Shown here: one piece after another, positions 1-12,131 of the stretch
Layout: each line of letters starts with the position of its first letter
Numbering within the stretch: position 1 is the first letter of the stretch
Source: Candidatus Avedoeria danica
Lineage (GTDB): Bacteria; Chloroflexota; Anaerolineae; Epilineales; Epilineaceae
Assembly: GCA_016703025.1 (NCBI GenBank)
Contig: JADJCV010000003.1
Span: 23,506 to 87,505 of the forward strand
Direction of reading: 5' to 3'
DNA length: 64,000 bases
Notes under the pieces: generated by a model
What the model saw: only the letters and a program-made list of their open reading frames with translations
What the model was told of the DNA's origin: nothing
Databases searched by the model: none
Program-made: the position numbers and the translations under genes

Positions 1-347
1 AGGATCAGTGCCGGGCGGCGCAGGAGCGCCGCGTCGAGGTCGAACTCGGCAAGCGTGTGATCGCGGTAGGCGATGTCGCGCTTGGCAAGAACCTCGAGCC
101 CGACGAGCTTGGCCTCGGTCTCGGCGCGCCCGTGCGTGTCGACCCAGCCGACGACGACGTCGATGCCTTCGGTGCGGCGATCGTGCGCGGCCTCGAGCAT
201 CGCGAACGTCTTGCCGACGCCGGCTGCGGCGCCGAGGAAGACCTTGAGGCGGCCGCGGGCCGCGCGCCGGTCGTCCGCTTGGACGCGGGCGAGGAGGGCG
301 TCGGGGTCGGGGCGGTCGGGGGGTGGGCGGGTGGGCACGTGGCGCAT
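1..347 (-). CDS. kdpD: Sensor histidine kinase KdpD, N-terminal part only (continues beyond the window edge). It is not in the ORF track because it has no stop within the window.
   Basis: Hand translation of the reverse strand from ATG at 345-347 gives MRHVPTRPPPDRPDPDALLARVQADDRRAARGRLKVFLGAAAGVGKTFAMLEAAHDRRTEGIDVVVGWVDTHGRAETEAKL... This is the KdpD N-terminal sensor domain with a P-loop-like GxxGVGKT. It lies 64 nt downstream of the kdpC stop on the same strand, the canonical kdpFABC-kdpDE order. Confidence 0.8.
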   Translation of the reverse strand, partial: MRHVPTRPPPDRPDPDALLARVQADDRRAARGRLKVFLGAAAGVGKTFAMLEAAHDRRTEGIDVVVGWVDTHGRAETEAKLVGLEVLAKRDIAYRDHTLAEFDLDAALLRRPALI

Positions 348-410
348 CTCGTTCGTTTGGACGGGCGTCTGCGGGCGACGTATGCGCCGCCCCTACGCGG
401 CACAGGTGGA

Positions 411-1076
411 TTACGGCACGTCGGTGGCGTTCCACCGCTCGGGCAGCCCGCTCTGCGTTGCCGACGGCGTCACGAGCGCGTCGGCCGCCGCCTGAGCGAC
501 GGCGGTCTTATCGTCCAGCGCCAGGTTGAGGAGCAGCACGTTCACGCGCCGCTCGCCGAAGAGCCCCAGCGTTCGCGCCTCAGTGTATCGTGCGACGAGC
601 GCCCGCACCGTGGCCTCGTCGATCGCCCGAGCCCGCGCCACACGGCGTATCTGCCAATTCGCCGCGGCCGGGCTGATGTGCGGGTCGAGCCCGCTGCCGG
701 AGGCGGTTACGAGGTCGACCGGGATGGGCGCTTCGTTGCCGGAATCGGACGCCTGCAGCGCTTCGATGCGGCCCTGGATGGCCTCGATCAGCGCCGGATT
801 CGTCGGCCCGAGGTTGCTGCCGCCGGACGCGGCCGCGTTGTACGGCCCGCCGCCCGTCGCGCTCGGCCGGCCCCAGAAGTACGCGGGATCGTCGAACGCC
901 TGGCCGATCAGGCGCGAGCCGACGACGGTGCCGTCCGCGCCCCGCACAAGGCTGCCCTTGGCCTGCGCGGCGAACAGCGTCTGCGCCAGGGCGGTGACGG
1001 CGATCGGATAGACGACGCCGGTGAGGAGCGTGAGGACCACGACAAGGCGGGTGGCGGTCCAGAGGGACTTGAACAT
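411..1076 (-). CDS. kdpC: Potassium-transporting ATPase subunit C
   Basis: 221 aa. N-terminal TM helix ([22 protein letters not shown]) followed by [10 protein letters not shown], typical of KdpC. Immediately downstream of kdpB. Confidence 0.9.
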   Translation of the reverse strand: MFKSLWTATRLVVVLTLLTGVVYPIAVTALAQTLFAAQAKGSLVRGADGTVVGSRLIGQAFDDPAYFWGRPSATGGGPYNAAASGGSNLGPTNPALIEAIQGRIEALQASDSGNEAPIPVDLVTASGSGLDPHISPAAANWQIRRVARARAIDEATVRALVARYTEARTLGLFGERRVNVLLLNLALDDKTAVAQAAADALVTPSATQSGLPERWNATDVP

Positions 1077-1133
1077 GGTGGATTCCTTCCGAGATCGTCT
1101 TGTGCGAACGATGGCGACGTCGTGTACCGCTGC

Positions 1134-3206
<2,073 letters not shown>

Positions 3207-3290
3207 GTCAGGAACTCCTAGCGCCGGCAGACGGGCCGGCGGTAAACATTTCGAACGGTCGCAGCGGCGAGGGTGCAGCGGATCGGGAGT

Positions 3291-5039
3291 TCATCGCATC
3301 GACCACAGCGAGAGGTGCTCGGCCACCGGCCCGAGCGCGAGCGCCGGGACGAACGTCAGCGCGCCGACGATGACCACGACGCACACGAGGAAGCCGATGA
3401 ACAGCGGGCGATGGGTGGGCAGCGTGCCCGGACCGACCGGGATCCCCTTCTTCCCGGCCAGCGCGCCGGCCATGGCCAGCACGGGGACGAGGATCCAGTA
3501 GCGGCTGATGAACATCGCCGCGGCCCCGGCCAGGTTGTAGAACGGCGTGTTCGCGCTGATGCCCGCGAAGGCGCTGCCGTTGTTGTTGCCCATCGACGTG
3601 AAGGCGTAGAGGATCTCGGAGAAGCCGTGCGCGCCGGGGTTGGCGCGCGAGGCGAGCGCCGCGGGCAGCATCACGGCCGCGCCGGTCAGGATGAGCACGA
3701 CGGCGCACGGCACGAGCACGGCCAGCGACGCCATCTGCATCTCGTACGCCTCGATCTTCTTGCCGAGGTACTCCGGCGTCCGCCCGACCATCAGCCCGGC
3801 GATGAACACCGTGACGACGGCGAACATGAGCATGCCGTACAGCCCCGAGCCGACGCCGCCGAAGACGACCTCGCCGAGCTGCATGAGGAACAGCGCGATC
3901 ATGCCGCCCAGCGGCGTGAAGCTGTCGTGCATGCTGTTCACGCTGCCGTTGGAGGCCGCCGTCGTCGCCGCCGCCCAGTACGCGCTGGCAGGGACGCCGA
4001 AGCGGAGCTCCTTGCCCTCCATGTTGCCGCCGGGCGCATCGTGCCCGGCCGAGCCGTCGACGCCGAGCGCGGCGACGTTCGGGTTGCCGGCTGTCTCGGC
4101 CGCGTACATGCCGGCCGCCAGCGGGATGAAGAGCACCGTCATCGCCACGAGCAGCGCCCACCCCTGGCGCACGTCGCCGACCATGCGGCCGAACGTGATG
4201 CACAAGGCGGCCGGGATGAGGAGGATCGCCAGAACCTGGAGCAGGTTGGACAGCGGCGTCGGGTTCTCGATGGGGTGGGCCGAGTTCACGTTGTAGTAGC
4301 CGCCGCCGTTCGTGCCGAGCTGCTTGATCGCGACCTGCGAGGCGACCGGGCCGACCGGAATCGTCTGCGTCGTGATGGGCGCACCGTCCGCATCGACGCC
4401 GGCATCGACGACGGTCGCCTGTACCGCCGGGGCGAACGTCTGCACGACGCCCTGGGACACGAGGGCCAGCGCGAGCACAAGCGCAAGCGGCACGAGGATG
4501 TAGAGCGTGCTGCGGACGAAGTCCACGTAGAAGTTGCCCAGCGCCGACGTCTCGCGGCGGGCGAAGCCGCGGGCGACGGCGACGAGGACGGCCATGCCGG
4601 TGGCGGCGGAGAGGAAGTTCTGGACGGTGAGCGCGCCCATCTGGGTCAGGTAGCTCATCGTCGTCTCGCCGCCGTAGCCCTGCCAGTTCGTGTTCGAGGC
4701 GAAGCTCACGGCCGTGTTCAGCGCCGAGAACGGCTCGACCGCGCCGAGCCCGTCCGGGTTCAGCGGGAGCACGCCCTGGAGGCGCTGGAAGGTGTAGACG
4801 GCGACGAGGCCGACGGCGTTGACGGCAAGCGCCGCCAACGCGTAGCCGCGCCAGCCCATCTCGGCCGACGGGTCGATCCCCGCCACGCGGTAGCAGAGCC
4901 GTTCGACGGGGCCGAGGACGGAGCCGAGCACGCCGGGGCGGCCGTCGTAGATGCGGGCCATCCACTCACCGAGCGGCTTGGCGAGGAGCAGGACGAGGCC
5001 GAGCGTGGCGGCCATGGAGAGCCAGCCGAGCGTGGTCAT
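3291..5039 (-). CDS. kdpA: Potassium-transporting ATPase subunit A
   Basis: 582 aa polytopic membrane protein. MTTLGWLSMAATLGLVLLLAKPLGEWMARIY is a KdpA N-terminus and K+ selectivity-filter-like GGG segments are present. Its ATG overlaps the kdpF stop (ATGA). Confidence 0.95.
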   Translation of the reverse strand: MTTLGWLSMAATLGLVLLLAKPLGEWMARIYDGRPGVLGSVLGPVERLCYRVAGIDPSAEMGWRGYALAALAVNAVGLVAVYTFQRLQGVLPLNPDGLGAVEPFSALNTAVSFASNTNWQGYGGETTMSYLTQMGALTVQNFLSAATGMAVLVAVARGFARRETSALGNFYVDFVRSTLYILVPLALVLALALVSQGVVQTFAPAVQATVVDAGVDADGAPITTQTIPVGPVASQVAIKQLGTNGGGYYNVNSAHPIENPTPLSNLLQVLAILLIPAALCITFGRMVGDVRQGWALLVAMTVLFIPLAAGMYAAETAGNPNVAALGVDGSAGHDAPGGNMEGKELRFGVPASAYWAAATTAASNGSVNSMHDSFTPLGGMIALFLMQLGEVVFGGVGSGLYGMLMFAVVTVFIAGLMVGRTPEYLGKKIEAYEMQMASLAVLVPCAVVLILTGAAVMLPAALASRANPGAHGFSEILYAFTSMGNNNGSAFAGISANTPFYNLAGAAAMFISRYWILVPVLAMAGALAGKKGIPVGPGTLPTHRPLFIGFLVCVVVIVGALTFVPALALGPVAEHLSLWSMR

Positions 5040-5128
5040 CAGAAGATCTCCGGACGCAGGAGGGCGACGACGAGGTAGACGAGCAGGGCCACGGCGATGA
5101 CCGCAGCCACGGTGTCAAGGGTGCCCAT
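5039..5128 (-). CDS. kdpF: KdpF, a 29-aa single-TM peptide subunit
   Basis: Internal Met of track ORF 5039..5254 gives MGTLDTVAAVIAVALLVYLVVALLRPEIF. This closely resembles actinobacterial KdpF (hydrophobic core, P-E-x-F C-terminus). GGGAGG lies 8 nt upstream. The stop is coupled to the kdpA start. Confidence 0.75.
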   Translation of the reverse strand: MGTLDTVAAVIAVALLVYLVVALLRPEIF

Positions 5129-5130
5129 TA

Positions 5131-5223
5131 TCAGCGCCTCCCGAGGCGGTCGCAGAGGACCAAGAGGCCGTACGTCAGCGCGAACGCGCCCAGCACGGCG
5201 GCGAGAGCATAGATGTCGTTCAT
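5131..5223 (-). CDS. Unannotated 30-aa hydrophobic mini-ORF immediately upstream of kdpF (MNDIYALAAVLGAFALTYGLLVLCDRLGRR). Possibly a second KdpF-like peptide or a leader peptide.
   Basis: ATG at 5221-5223 (reverse) is preceded by a strong SD (GGAGGGAGG, 9 nt). The stop TGA (5131-5133) is 2 nt from the kdpF ATG. One predicted TM helix. Too short for the ORF track. Confidence 0.4.
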   Translation of the reverse strand: MNDIYALAAVLGAFALTYGLLVLCDRLGRR

Positions 5224-5370
5224 GGGGTTGCCTCCCTCCAAGCGATCCGCACACGGGTGTTCCGGACGCGGCGGGCGGTCCACCGCTCGCCCTGCCGGCA
5301 ACGCGCGGACCGTGTTGGCAGCATAATGCCGCGGCCGTGGGACCAGCGTAAGGATGATTCAGGGGGCCGT

Positions 5371-7320
5371 ATGGATTCCGTAAGCAACGTACACCCGATC
5401 CACCCGAGACGCCATCCGGGCCGGTCGACGTTCGCCGTTGCAGCCGTCGCCTGCGTCATGCTCGGCGTTGCCGGCCGCGCGCAAGAAGGGAGCGGCACAG
5501 GCAACCGCGCCGACAGTGCCGTGCATGCTGCCGGCTTCGCCGACAGCGCGGACATCGCCGATAACGCGGACGTCGCGGATTTCGCGGGCATCGCCGACAT
5601 CGCCGACACGCCCGCTCCCATCCAACTCCTCACCGTCGCCACGAACTTCAACAACCCGATCGGCATCGACCACCACGCCCCCTCCCAGGGGGTTGTCGTG
5701 TCCGTGAACTACCCGGACGGCCGCCCGCGCAACTTCGAGCTCGTCCTGCCGACGGGCCGGCACCAGCGGTTCAGCGGCCTGACCGGGTTCACCGAGGAGG
5801 TGAAGATCGGCTCGATCTGGGAGAGCGGGTGCCAGGCCGGCTTCACGCCCGGCGAGCTCTTCACCGGCACGGGCGACCCCGGCGTCATCGCGCGCATCAG
5901 CGCCGACGGCGACCGCGTGCAGCGGGCGTGGGTCCGGCTGCGCGGCGAGTCCGGCCTGCTGCGCGGCAGCCTGTTCCAGGACCGCTTCTGCGTCTTCGGC
6001 GGCGACCTGATCGTCGTCACGACGACGGGGGGCGTTTGGCGCGTGACGAGCGCCGGTGCCCAGACGCGCGTCGCCGACCTCGGCGCGCACCTCGAGGGGC
6101 TCACGACGGTGCCGAACGACGCCGATCGCTTCGGGCCGTGGGCGGGCAGGATCCTCATCGGCGCCGAGGGGCAAGGGCGGATCTACGCCGTGGCGGCCGA
6201 CGGAACCGTCGAATCGTTCCAGCTTGGCCTGACCGTCGAGGACCTCGACATCGTCCCGCCGGACGCCTCGTTCTACGGCGTCGACTACGCGGGGCGGCGG
6301 ATCGTCACCGCCGGACCGGAGCAGTGGACGGACAAGGTGGGGGACATGGTCGTCGCCGAGGAGAACGGCCAGCTCTGGGACGTACGGTGGAACGCCGCGG
6401 CCGGCGCGTTCGTCAAGGTCCAGCTGGCGCGTGTGGCGCAGTGGGAGCACGTCACGTTCTCGACCGCCAGGATCGTTACCCGCCCGCCGACCCGCACCCC
6501 GGAGTCCTCCCCGCCGCCCCCGCCGACCCCGACGGTGCCGACGCCCACGCCGACCGACACGCCGGTGCCGACATCGACGTCGACCCCGACCCCGTCGCCC
6601 ACGGATACCCCGACCCCCACGGATACGCCGACGTCGACCCCCACGCCGACGCCCGCCGTATTCCGCGCCTACCTCCCGATCGGCGTCGATGAGACCTGCA
6701 TCGCCAGCCACAAGCACGCGGATGTCGTCCTCATCGTCGACACCTCGACCAGCATGCTGGCCGCGGCCGGCGACGGCGTGCGCAAGATCGACGCCGCGCG
6801 CGCTGCGATCGCAGCGTTCCTGGCGCAGCTCGACCCCGCCAGCGACCGCACCGCGCTCGTCGCGTTCGACGACACGGCCACCGTCGCCGTGCCGCTGACG
6901 GGCGACCTCGATGCCGTCGCCGCCGCGCTGGGCGCCCTGCCGCACCACGAGGGCACGCGGCTCGACCTCGGCCTGGCGGCGGCGCGTGATGCCCTGGCCG
7001 GGATCGCATCGACCCCCGACCGCATTCCCGCCGTCGTCCTGTTGACCGACGGCCGCCCGAACCGCGTCCCGACGCCCGATGGCGGTGGACGGCAGGAGGA
7101 CACCGTGCGGGCCGTCGCCGCTCAGTTGAAGGCCGGCGGGGCGCATGTCTACACCGTCGGCTTCGGCGACGACGTCGACGGCGCGCTGCTGGCGGACGTC
7201 GCAAGCACGCCCGGCGACGCGTTCATTGCGCCGGATGCGGCGGCGCTGGCGCGGATCTACGCGGCGGTGGCGGTGGCCATTCCGTGTGGGGGGGTGTATT
7301 GGCCGCTGGGGAGGCCGTGA
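5371..7320 (+). CDS. Secreted beta-propeller-like protein with a Pro/Thr-rich linker and a C-terminal VWA domain (MIDAS motif DTSTSM)
   Basis: The chosen start has AGGGGG 5 nt upstream and gives a signal peptide MDSVSN...AVAAVACVMLGVAGRAQEG. PT linker at residues 400-450 (TPTVPTPTPTDTPVPTSTSTPTPSPTDTPTPTDTPTSTPTPTP). VWA signature VVLIVDTSTSM...LLTDGRPN...VYTVGFG. Confidence 0.8.
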   Translation: MDSVSNVHPIHPRRHPGRSTFAVAAVACVMLGVAGRAQEGSGTGNRADSAVHAAGFADSADIADNADVADFAGIADIADTPAPIQLLTVATNFNNPIGIDHHAPSQGVVVSVNYPDGRPRNFELVLPTGRHQRFSGLTGFTEEVKIGSIWESGCQAGFTPGELFTGTGDPGVIARISADGDRVQRAWVRLRGESGLLRGSLFQDRFCVFGGDLIVVTTTGGVWRVTSAGAQTRVADLGAHLEGLTTVPNDADRFGPWAGRILIGAEGQGRIYAVAADGTVESFQLGLTVEDLDIVPPDASFYGVDYAGRRIVTAGPEQWTDKVGDMVVAEENGQLWDVRWNAAAGAFVKVQLARVAQWEHVTFSTARIVTRPPTRTPESSPPPPPTPTVPTPTPTDTPVPTSTSTPTPSPTDTPTPTDTPTSTPTPTPAVFRAYLPIGVDETCIASHKHADVVLIVDTSTSMLAAAGDGVRKIDAARAAIAAFLAQLDPASDRTALVAFDDTATVAVPLTGDLDAVAAALGALPHHEGTRLDLGLAAARDALAGIASTPDRIPAVVLLTDGRPNRVPTPDGGGRQEDTVRAVAAQLKAGGAHVYTVGFGDDVDGALLADVASTPGDAFIAPDAAALARIYAAVAVAIPCGGVYWPLGRP

Positions 7321-7497
7321 TTGCGGCAACCGCGAAGTCCGCGGCCTCAAGTTGGACGTTTGCCTGATCGCAGCGGATCGAGCGTCGATCGACCCCATTG
7401 CTTTCCCTTCACACTCGCCGCACCATACGCGCCCGACATCGACCGGATCCGACGCATGACCCGCCGCCCAACCCTCGCCCGCCCCAAAGGTCCCCCC

Positions 7498-9777
7498 ATG
7501 TCCCTGCGCGAAGACGCGCTCCACTACCACCGCACCGGCCGCCCCGGCAAGATCGAGGTCACGGCCACCAAGCCGCTCCTCACGCAGCAGGACCTCGCGC
7601 TGGCGTACTCGCCGGGCGTCGCGGCGCCGGTGCGGGAGATCGCGGCCGATCCGGAGGCGGTGTTCGACTACACGGCGCGCGGCAACCTCGTCGCCGTCCT
7701 CTCGAACGGCACGGCGATCCTGGGCCTCGGCAACCTCGGGCCGTTGGCGGCGAAGCCGGTGATGGAAGGCAAGGGCGTCCTCTTCAAGCGCTTCGCCGAC
7801 GTCGACGTCTTCGACATCGAGGTCGACACGCTCGATCCCGACGAGATCATCCAGGTGGCGCGGCTCATCTCGCCCACGTTCGGCGGGATCAACCTGGAGG
7901 ACATCCGGGCGCCGGAGTGCTTCTACATCGAGGAGAAACTCCAGTCCCTGGTGGACATCCCGATCTTCCACGACGATCAGCACGGCACGGCGATCATCTC
8001 CGGCGCCGCCCTCGTGAACGCGCTCGAGCTCGTCGGCAAGGAGATCGGCGGCGTGCGGATCGTCGTGAACGGCGCCGGCGCCGCCGGGATCGCCTCGGCC
8101 GAGTTCTACGTGGCGCTCGGGGCCAGCCGCGCGAACATCACGCTCTGCGACAGCCAGGGCGTGATCTGGGACGGCCGCGAAGAAGGCATGAACGTCTACA
8201 AGGCACGCTTCGCCGTCGACACGGAGGCCCGTACGCTCGCCGACGCGATGGTGGATGCCGACGTCTTCGTCGGCGTGAGCGTGGCGGACTGCGTCACGCC
8301 CGAGATGCTCAAGGGCATGGCCCGCGACCCGATCGTCTTCGCCCTGGCGAACCCCGACCCGGAGATCCGCTACGACGTCGCCGTCGCCACCCGCCCGGAC
8401 TGCATCATGGCCACGGGGCGATCGGACCTGCCCAACCAGGTGAACAACGTCCTCGGCTTCCCGTTCATCTTCCGCGGCGCGCTCGACGTGCGGGCGACGG
8501 CGATCAACCAGGCGATGAAGGTGGCCGCCGCCAAGGCGCTGGCCGACCTCGCCCGCGCCGACGTCCCGGACGCCGTCCTCAAGGCCTACGGCCTGGACCG
8601 CCTGCACTTCGGCCGCGACTACCTCATCCCCAAGCCCTTCGACCGCCGCGCCCTCCTCCACGTCGCCCCGGCCGTCGCCGGCGCCGCCATCGCCAGCGGC
8701 GTCGCCCGCCGGCCGCTCGATCTCGAGGCCTACCCGGAGCAGCTCGCGGCCCGCCAGGGCGTCCGCTTCGCCGGCGTGCGCGCCGTCATCCGCCGCGCGC
8801 AGGCGGATCCCCAGCGCGTCGTATTCGCCGAGGGCGAGGAGACGGCGATCCTGAAGGCGGCCTGCCAGCTGGCCGAGGAGGGCATCGCCCGCCCGATCCT
8901 CATCGGCCGCCCGAGCGTGATCGCCGCCCGCCTGGAGGACCTCCGCCTGCCGTGCGATCTGCCGATCGTCGACCCGGAGCACTGCCCGACGGACGCCCGC
9001 GAGCGCTATGCCCAGTGGCTCTATCAACGGCGCCACCGCAAGGGCATGACGCACGCCGCCGCGTTGGAGGCCGTCACCCAACCGAACACGCTGGGCGCCG
9101 TGATGCTGGCGGTCGGCCACGCCGACGCGTTCCTGTCCGGGTTCAGCTACAACTACGTCGACGTGCTGCGCCCGGCGATCCAGATTGTCGGCACCCGGCC
9201 GGACGTCAGCATCGTCAGCGGCGTCTACCTCATGATCGTCCGCAACGTGCCGTACTTCTTCAGCGACGCCACCGTCAACGTGAACCCGACGGCCGAGCAG
9301 CTGGCCGAGATCGCCGCCAACGCCGCCGCCGTCGCCCAGACGTTCAGCGTCACGCCGCGGATCGCGATGCTCTCGTTCTCGAACTTCGGCAGCGCCCGCA
9401 CGCCCGAGAGCGAGAAGGTCCGCCGCGCCGTCGAGATCCTGCGCGCCAAGCGCCCCGACCTGGACGTGGACGGTGAGATGCAGGCCGACACGGCCATCGA
9501 CTCGGCGCTCGTCGACGAGCACTTCCCGTTCAGCCGGATCCGCGACGCCAACGTCCTGATCTTCCCGAACCTGGATGCCGCCAACGCCTCCTACAAGCTT
9601 CTCAACCGCCTCGGCGGCGCCGCTGCCGTCGGCCCGATCCTCCACGGCATGGCCCGCGCCGTCCACGTCATCCCGACCGGCGCGTCCGTGCGGGACATCG
9701 TGAACATCGCCGCGTTGGCCGTGGTGGACGCGCAGCGGTTTGCGGAGGAGTTGCCGCCGCGGTTGCCGGGCCTGTAG
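7498..9777 (+). CDS. maeB: NADP-dependent malic enzyme (malic enzyme domain plus C-terminal phosphotransacetylase-like domain)
   Basis: Collinear with MaeB from near the N-terminus onward (query [21 protein letters not shown] vs MDDQLKQSALDFHEFPVPGKIQV). Contains [16 protein letters not shown] and [18 protein letters not shown]. Start chosen at the Met aligning with the MaeB N-terminus, with AAGG 7 nt upstream. Confidence 0.9.
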   Translation: MSLREDALHYHRTGRPGKIEVTATKPLLTQQDLALAYSPGVAAPVREIAADPEAVFDYTARGNLVAVLSNGTAILGLGNLGPLAAKPVMEGKGVLFKRFADVDVFDIEVDTLDPDEIIQVARLISPTFGGINLEDIRAPECFYIEEKLQSLVDIPIFHDDQHGTAIISGAALVNALELVGKEIGGVRIVVNGAGAAGIASAEFYVALGASRANITLCDSQGVIWDGREEGMNVYKARFAVDTEARTLADAMVDADVFVGVSVADCVTPEMLKGMARDPIVFALANPDPEIRYDVAVATRPDCIMATGRSDLPNQVNNVLGFPFIFRGALDVRATAINQAMKVAAAKALADLARADVPDAVLKAYGLDRLHFGRDYLIPKPFDRRALLHVAPAVAGAAIASGVARRPLDLEAYPEQLAARQGVRFAGVRAVIRRAQADPQRVVFAEGEETAILKAACQLAEEGIARPILIGRPSVIAARLEDLRLPCDLPIVDPEHCPTDARERYAQWLYQRRHRKGMTHAAALEAVTQPNTLGAVMLAVGHADAFLSGFSYNYVDVLRPAIQIVGTRPDVSIVSGVYLMIVRNVPYFFSDATVNVNPTAEQLAEIAANAAAVAQTFSVTPRIAMLSFSNFGSARTPESEKVRRAVEILRAKRPDLDVDGEMQADTAIDSALVDEHFPFSRIRDANVLIFPNLDAANASYKLLNRLGGAAAVGPILHGMARAVHVIPTGASVRDIVNIAALAVVDAQRFAEELPPRLPGL

Positions 9778-9808
9778 GGGCAGGTCCCCGTGCCTGCCCC
9801 TACAGGCC
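9769..9808. terminator. GC-rich hairpin (16-bp stem, 8-nt loop) between convergent maeB and the beta-propeller gene. Probable bidirectional terminator.
   Basis: ggcctgtaggggcagg-tccccgtg-cctgcccctacaggcc is a perfect inverted repeat that overlaps the maeB stop codon. No clear U-tract follows. Confidence 0.5.
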
Positions 9809-9838
9809 CACCCCACCCCACCACCACTAAAAATGCGA

Positions 9839-11989
9839 TCACGGCACCACCCAAGGCAACACCACCCGATACACCCCCCGCCACCCATCCGGCATTCGCC
9901 ACGGCCGGAACGCCCTGAGCCCGATATCGGCCTCGGCCGCGAACACCAGATCGCCTATCGCCGCCAAGCCCTCCACGTTGTTCCACGTCGGCACCGCGGC
10001 CACGACGTCCGCGGTGTCCCCTCGGAGCAGCATCAGCCTGCCCGCCCATCCGAGCCGTCCGTTTTGCGAACCGGCGGCGACGACGTCCTGCCCGGTGAAG
10101 GCGAGATCGCTGACGTCGACGTCCATCTCGCGCTCGGCAAGCTTGCGGATGTTCGCTGGGTCCTGCACGTCGAGCACGGCCGCAAACCAAATTCCGCCGA
10201 TCACAACCCGATCGCCCCGTGCAGCCACGGCCATGACGTCCCGCTCGTCGCCGTTCGCCATCTCGTTGTGCATTTCGCCCAGGAGGGTAAGCCCGTCCGG
10301 GCCGCCCGGAGCGAACACGTAGAGCCTGGACCCGGCCGCGACGTAAAGGCGTCCGGCATCGACGGTCATATCCCATACGGGAAGATCATCCCACGGGGTG
10401 CTTCGCCGCACGGGATGCGCGGGATCGGACAGGTCGATGAGCGCGATGCCGTGGCCCGGCACGTACAGATCGACCACGGCGAATTGGCCAACGAGTGCGG
10501 CCACGAGCGGCTGCGCAGGCATCTGCGGCAGTCCCCACGCCAGCTGTCCAAGCCGCCGCGGAGGCGATGTGGCGACGTCGAACACGACCATCCCCTCCAT
10601 ACCGGCCACGATCGCGCGGTCCCCGGATAGCGCCATCGCGCCCGTCCCGTCGATCATCCGCGGGAACGACCGATTGTCCTCGATCGGCAGCACGGACTCG
10701 ACCGGCCGGCCGCCCCCGTCCCGCCGGACCAACCGGACCGTGTGGTCGTCGAACACGAGCAGTCGCTGCCCATCGGTTGCGACGTCCCACACAAATTGGC
10801 CATCGTCGCTGCGTGCCCGCAGCACGGGATCGCCGACGGGCCAGTCCCACACCTCCCAGCCGCGCTCTTGCGTGGCCGTCAGGAGCCGTCCGGCGGACTC
10901 GATGGACGCGAGTGGGTAACCGCCCGCGGGTGTGTCCGCGCAGGCCCGCGGTCCGACCTCCGTCGGCTGCACTTCGGCGATGCGGACTTCGATGCAGCGC
11001 AGGCCATCCCCCGGTCGCCAGCCCGGCAAGCTGACGACCGCGTGATCGCCGATGCGGGTCATGCCTTCGACACGGACCTCGGAGTCCCACCGACCGACGA
11101 GGCGAGGGGCCTCCGGCGCCGCGATGTCGAAGACGCGGATGCCGGCGCTCGCTTCGGCGCTGCGTTCGCGCATCACCCAGCTGAACGTCACGGCCACGTG
11201 CAGGAGGTTCCCGCGGAGCGATGCGGCCACGTAGTCGTTGTACGGGCCGCCCCGTCCGACCAACCGGATCGCCGTCGAATCGCCGACGTCGAAAATCGCG
11301 ACGCGTGACGTGGAAGGCTCGTCGTCCCCATAGCGTTGGGAGACGACCGCCAGCCGATCACCGGCGATCCAGAGACCCGCAGGCATATCCTCCGCGTCCA
11401 CCGCCTGCTCCGCCACCGACCGCAGCTGCTGCGGATCCGTCGCGTCCACGGCCACGAGCGCATAGCCCTTGTACGGTGAGCGCGCCGGCGTGGCCGACAG
11501 CAAGACCGTCCGGCCCCGCACGGCCATCCAGCCGACATACCGCTCCACGCCGGCAGCATCCGCCGGCAACGTCCACCGCCCGAGCTCGCTCAGCCGCGCC
11601 GGCCGGCTGGCGTCGAAGACGATGAGCCGCGACCCTGTCGCCACGTACAGGCGACCGGGCGCGGCAGCGACAGCCGTCACGCGGTCCGCGAAGAGGCGGC
11701 GGCCGATGGAACGCGGCGGGTTCGCCGCCAGGTCCACCACGTCGACCGCCGTTTGGCGGGCGACATAGCCCACCGCTCCATCGGCGGCGACGCGGTTCGT
11801 CGAGCCGCCCCAAAGCCCCGCGGGATCGAGGCCCGCGGTGACGTTGTCCGACGCAGCGGCGGCAGAGGCAGGATCAGACCATCCCATGTCCGTCTGGCGG
11901 GCGGAGCTGGCGAGGACAGCGACGATCACCAAGGCGCCAAGAGTCAGGCAAGCCACTCGACCCATCGCAATCGTTCCGACATGCCGCAT
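9839..11989 (-). CDS. Secreted or membrane-anchored beta-propeller protein (LVIVD-repeat-like), 716 aa
   Basis: Start at Met137 of the track ORF (MRHVGTIAMGRVACLTLGALVIVAVLASSA, a signal/anchor) with GAAGGGAG 10 nt upstream. Repeated motifs RLYVATGSRLIVFD, GRLYVAAGSRLYVF and LLVFDDHTV are typical of LVIVD / beta-propeller repeats. Confidence 0.75.
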   Translation of the reverse strand: MRHVGTIAMGRVACLTLGALVIVAVLASSARQTDMGWSDPASAAAASDNVTAGLDPAGLWGGSTNRVAADGAVGYVARQTAVDVVDLAANPPRSIGRRLFADRVTAVAAAPGRLYVATGSRLIVFDASRPARLSELGRWTLPADAAGVERYVGWMAVRGRTVLLSATPARSPYKGYALVAVDATDPQQLRSVAEQAVDAEDMPAGLWIAGDRLAVVSQRYGDDEPSTSRVAIFDVGDSTAIRLVGRGGPYNDYVAASLRGNLLHVAVTFSWVMRERSAEASAGIRVFDIAAPEAPRLVGRWDSEVRVEGMTRIGDHAVVSLPGWRPGDGLRCIEVRIAEVQPTEVGPRACADTPAGGYPLASIESAGRLLTATQERGWEVWDWPVGDPVLRARSDDGQFVWDVATDGQRLLVFDDHTVRLVRRDGGGRPVESVLPIEDNRSFPRMIDGTGAMALSGDRAIVAGMEGMVVFDVATSPPRRLGQLAWGLPQMPAQPLVAALVGQFAVVDLYVPGHGIALIDLSDPAHPVRRSTPWDDLPVWDMTVDAGRLYVAAGSRLYVFAPGGPDGLTLLGEMHNEMANGDERDVMAVAARGDRVVIGGIWFAAVLDVQDPANIRKLAEREMDVDVSDLAFTGQDVVAAGSQNGRLGWAGRLMLLRGDTADVVAAVPTWNNVEGLAAIGDLVFAAEADIGLRAFRPWRMPDGWRGVYRVVLPWVVP

Positions 11990-12131
11990 GGCGTCTGGCT
12001 CCCTTCGATGTTCCGGGCGGCACGTCGCCGGCATGCGCGCCGATGCGCTTGAAAGCAGGCGGATGGTACTCCCTTGGGTACTCACGCGCCGCCACGTGTC
12101 GAGGCGCGTGCACCCGCGTATCATCGTCGTC

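Noticed and set aside
6480-6660. Short-period DNA repeats (ACSCCGACS etc.) here and at 45570-45720, 24930-25020 and 49480-49530, considered as CRISPR-like or tandem repeats
   Set aside because: They are in-frame Pro/Thr linker coding segments (PTPTPT...) inside large secreted protein genes. There are no regular spacer/repeat units and no cas genes.
5359-9888. 1509-aa minus-strand ORF
   Set aside because: Antisense to the VWA gene and maeB. Low-complexity R/G/D/A-rich. Not coding.
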